Shown here piece after piece: positions 61,903 to 64,000 of a stretch of DNA of 64,000 nucleotides. How positions within the stretch are numbered: the stretch's first letter is position 1; every line of letters starts with the position of its first letter. Source of the DNA: Lachnospiraceae bacterium UBA3814 (GTDB taxonomy: Bacteria; Bacillota; Clostridia; Lachnospirales; Lachnospiraceae); the NCBI GenBank assembly GCA_002368575.1, contig DFEA01000040.1:1300-65299 (forward strand), given 5' to 3'. Position numbers and translations under genes: made by a program. Under the pieces are notes generated by a model. It was not told where the DNA came from and searched no databases. It saw only the letters and a program-made list of their open reading frames with translations.

Positions 61903-64000
61903 TCAATAACCCAGATAGCTCTGGTTCATGTCTACGTTTCCGCTTATTCCGTTTACCGATCCCTTCGAGGTATACTGCCAGATATCATAATGACCTGAAT
62001 AGGTCGGTCCTGCCGCGTTATACTGTGCAAGCCAGATCTTACAGCCGGAAAGCTGTGAGGTATCTATCTTTTCCGAAAACCAGTTCTTGTTGGCATAAAC
62101 CCCCGCGGAGTAGCCGGCCGATCTTATGGTCTTGCAGAATGCCGTGATATTTGCCGTTCGCTGACTCACCGACAGAGCATTATAGCCTGCCCTCGGGCTC
62201 GGTTCAACATCTATAAAGATAGGATAATTCACCCCGTAGCCTCCCGCAAGGGCTGCGCACATCGAGGCCTCCTCTACCGCTTCAGCCTCGTTTAAGGCCG
62301 TCGAGAAGAAATATATCCCAACCTTTAAGCCTGCTGCCTTAGCCCCCTTGATATGGGAGATGTAATACGGATCCTGTATAAGTACTCCCGTACTGGCTCC
62401 CCTGTAGCCGCATCTGATGATGACAAAGCTCACTCCCGAATCCCTGACAGAGGACCAGTTTATACTGGGCTGGTACTTTGACACATCGATCCCCAGGGTT
62501 CCCGAGCCCTGAGAAAGAGCCCCGTTATCATCAAAGTGATAGGTGACGCCCTGGATTATCTGGTCTCCCGTAACATAAGTATGATCGCTCCTGTAGTAGT
62601 AGGTGACTCCGTCTATGTTCTGCCAGCCTGTATACAGGAACTCATCCACCTTCCTGTAGAACTTTCTGGCGCTGTCCTTTAAGTAATCCTCATACTTTGC
62701 AAGCCTGTACGCGTCATTCTCATAAACGTAGAGCGCATGCTTTTCCGAATCGTACAGCTGCGCCGAATCGGCATACCTTCCTGTAACGGTAAAGGTAAGC
62801 TCCGCACTCTTTCCGTTATCGCCCTCGGCTCTTATCGTCACCTCTCCCGGTCTTACACCGGTAATGGTCGCCGTCAGCGAATCATCGGAAACCGATACGG
62901 ATGCTATGGAGGAATCGGATGAGCTCCAGTAGACTATGGTTTCAACAGGAGTTACCGTCGCCGAAACGGTAACACTGGTCCCCTCCGCCGTGGAAGCGTA
63001 CCCGCTCAGCGTTACCGAGGCCTCCTCCTTTGCCTTCTTTTCGCCTGAGCTTCCCGAGCTGTCCGAGGATGAGTCCTTTGTGCCTTCAGAGGAGGACTGG
63101 TTATCCTCGGAGGTGCCTTCGCTGCTGCTTCCTTCTTCTTTCTTTCCGTCCTCCGACGGTTCGGCCGAATTGCCGGAAACCGTGGCCCCTGTCAGTATCA
63201 GGGGAGCGGCCGAGGCAATGGTCCTTCTGTTAAAAAGCAGTGCCCTGCTCCCTAAATCCTTAATAAAGGCCAGAAGAGGACTCTCCTTTTTATCAAGCTT
63301 CGCCGTTTTTGAAAGGTCGACCGCTGCTTCTACAAAGGTCTCCCCCCCTGCGGTCTTTGTGGATTCACACCATTCTACGGTGTCGGCAGGGGCATTTCCC
63401 GTCTCAACATCCGCCGCCTTGTTTCCGTTTGCATCCTCTTCGGCTGCATTGACCTCCTTTTCGGTCTTGATCTCGTCCCTTATGTTCGCGATGACCTTGT
63501 ATTCTACCGTTGTCTTTACGGAACAGGTCTGTATACCATCCGGAAGGATATAGCCCGCAAGGGAATCGCCCGGATTTATCGATACGGAGTAGTCCCCGGC
63601 GGATATCCCGGTGAGATGGATCACTCCGTCCTCATCATCGTCCTCCTCTTCCTCCTCGTTCCCCTTGTCGTCGGTCACGGTCACGCTCCAGAAGACATTC
63701 TTTACAAGGGATTCATCCTCATCGACAAGCTTTATCTTAAGATCCTTCTCGACCGATGAAAGCACCAGGGCAAGCCTCTTAGGCTCCTCGACCACCTCCT
63801 CGGGCTCCGTAGCGGCCACCGGCATTTCCCTTTCCTGAACCTCGGACAGTACCTCCTCGTATTCCCTGTTCACAAGCTCCTCAAGCTCGGCCATCGCCAG
63901 AGCCTTCTTCTGCCTGCCCACATAGTCGGCATATACCGAGGTAGTCTGTATCCCGGTGATGAAAATGATCACCGCAAGTATGACCGCCACAAGGCTTAGG
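61903..64000 (-). CDS. Membrane-anchored GH25 muramidase with Ig-like (Big_2-type) domain and cell-wall-binding repeats; 5' end at or beyond the window edge
   Basis: C-terminal LGIDVSKYQPSINW..FVIIRCGYRG..IFIDVE (GH25). Preceded by YTGWQNIDGVTYYY..IIQGVTYHFDDNGAL (CW_binding_1-type repeats) and a VTLSG..IASVS..TATITGVRPGEVTIRAEG Ig-like domain. Ser/Glu-rich linkers. N-terminal TM helix. The frame is still open at nt 64000. Confidence 0.8.
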   Translation of the reverse strand, partial: LSLVAVILAVIIFITGIQTTSVYADYVGRQKKALAMAELEELVNREYEEVLSEVQEREMPVAATEPEEVVEEPKRLALVLSSVEKDLKIKLVDEDESLVKNVFWSVTVTDDKGNEEEEEDDDEDGVIHLTGISAGDYSVSINPGDSLAGYILPDGIQTCSVKTTVEYKVIANIRDEIKTEKEVNAAEEDANGNKAADVETGNAPADTVEWCESTKTAGGETFVEAAVDLSKTAKLDKKESPLLAFIKDLGSRALLFNRRTIASAAPLILTGATVSGNSAEPSEDGKKEEGSSSEGTSEDNQSSSEGTKDSSSDSSGSSGEKKAKEEASVTLSGYASTAEGTSVTVSATVTPVETIVYWSSSDSSIASVSVSDDSLTATITGVRPGEVTIRAEGDNGKSAELTFTVTGRYADSAQLYDSEKHALYVYENDAYRLAKYEDYLKDSARKFYRKVDEFLYTGWQNIDGVTYYYRSDHTYVTGDQIIQGVTYHFDDNGALSQGSGTLGIDVSKYQPSINWSSVRDSGVSFVIIRCGYRGASTGVLIQDPYYISHIKGAKAAGLKVGIYFFSTALNEAEAVEEASMCAALAGGYGVNYPIFIDVEPSPRAGYNALSVSQRTANITAFCKTIRSAGYSAGVYANKNWFSEKIDTSQLSGCKIWLAQYNAAGPTYSGHYDIWQYTSKGSVNGISGNVDMNQSYLGY

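Noticed and set aside
1-64000. rRNA, tRNA, transposase/integrase genes, or prophage
   Set aside because: I recognised no such sequence. The recombination scars (gene fragment, AKR remnant, repeats) are not accompanied by any identifiable mobility gene in this window.

Overview
All calls come from reading the sequence and from family motifs I remember. No searches or computations were run.

The window looks like a Clostridia-type Firmicute chromosome segment. I infer this from gene content, SD-led starts, and a GH25 lysin carrying cell-wall-binding repeats. It is almost entirely given over to sulfate activation and cell-envelope glycopolymer synthesis, mostly on the minus strand.

Layout:
- (i) 1.1-9.3 kb: a sulfate uptake and activation operon (HTH-cysD fusion, cysNC, sbp, cysT, cysW, cysA, cysQ) behind a near-consensus promoter.
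- (ii) 9.3-13.1 kb: two AAA-ATPase/PD-(D/E)XK-type genes plus a gene fragment.
- (iii) 13.2-16.8 kb: three tandem paralogs with sulfotransferase-like PAPS-binding motifs.
- (iv) 17.4-23.7 kb: a visibly more AT-rich teichoic-acid-like module (three LicD, TarI-like plus SDR, two TagD-like, one Stealth phosphotransferase).
- (v) 24.0-25.4 kb: a DUF4143-type ATPase.
- (vi) 25.4-34.1 kb: rfbF, a GtrB-like GT2, a ThDP enzyme, a SAF-less NeuB homolog, an MsbA-like exporter and a large polytopic membrane protein.
- (vii) 34.5-49.8 kb: a nonulosonic-acid-type cluster (neuB, neuC, neuA, NeuD-like acyltransferase, CBS-nucleotidyltransferase, WbpG/PseA-like amidotransferase). It includes an unusual inserted cassette of Gfo/Idh/MocA oxidoreductase, DAHP-synthase homolog, ACP and adenylating enzyme.
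- (viii) 50-61.8 kb: glycosyltransferases, a GT-C-like membrane protein, a TagGH/Wzm-Wzt exporter and rmlC.
- (ix) 61.9-64 kb: a GH25 muramidase, partial at the window edge.

Main hypothesis: a PAPS-generating operon with a PAP phosphatase, but no reductive branch in view, sits next to three sulfotransferase-like genes and a wall-polymer locus. This suggests a sulfated cell-wall glycopolymer pathway.

Other points worth a second look:
- a full HigA-like HTH fused in frame to CysD, with a perfect palindrome over its own -10 box;
- a three-hairpin intercistronic element present twice with fully compensatory substitutions;
- a long nested-hairpin leader upstream of the licD operon;
- an inverted partial gene duplication bracketing the AT-rich island.

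I recognised no rRNA, tRNA, CRISPR array, transposase or integrase.
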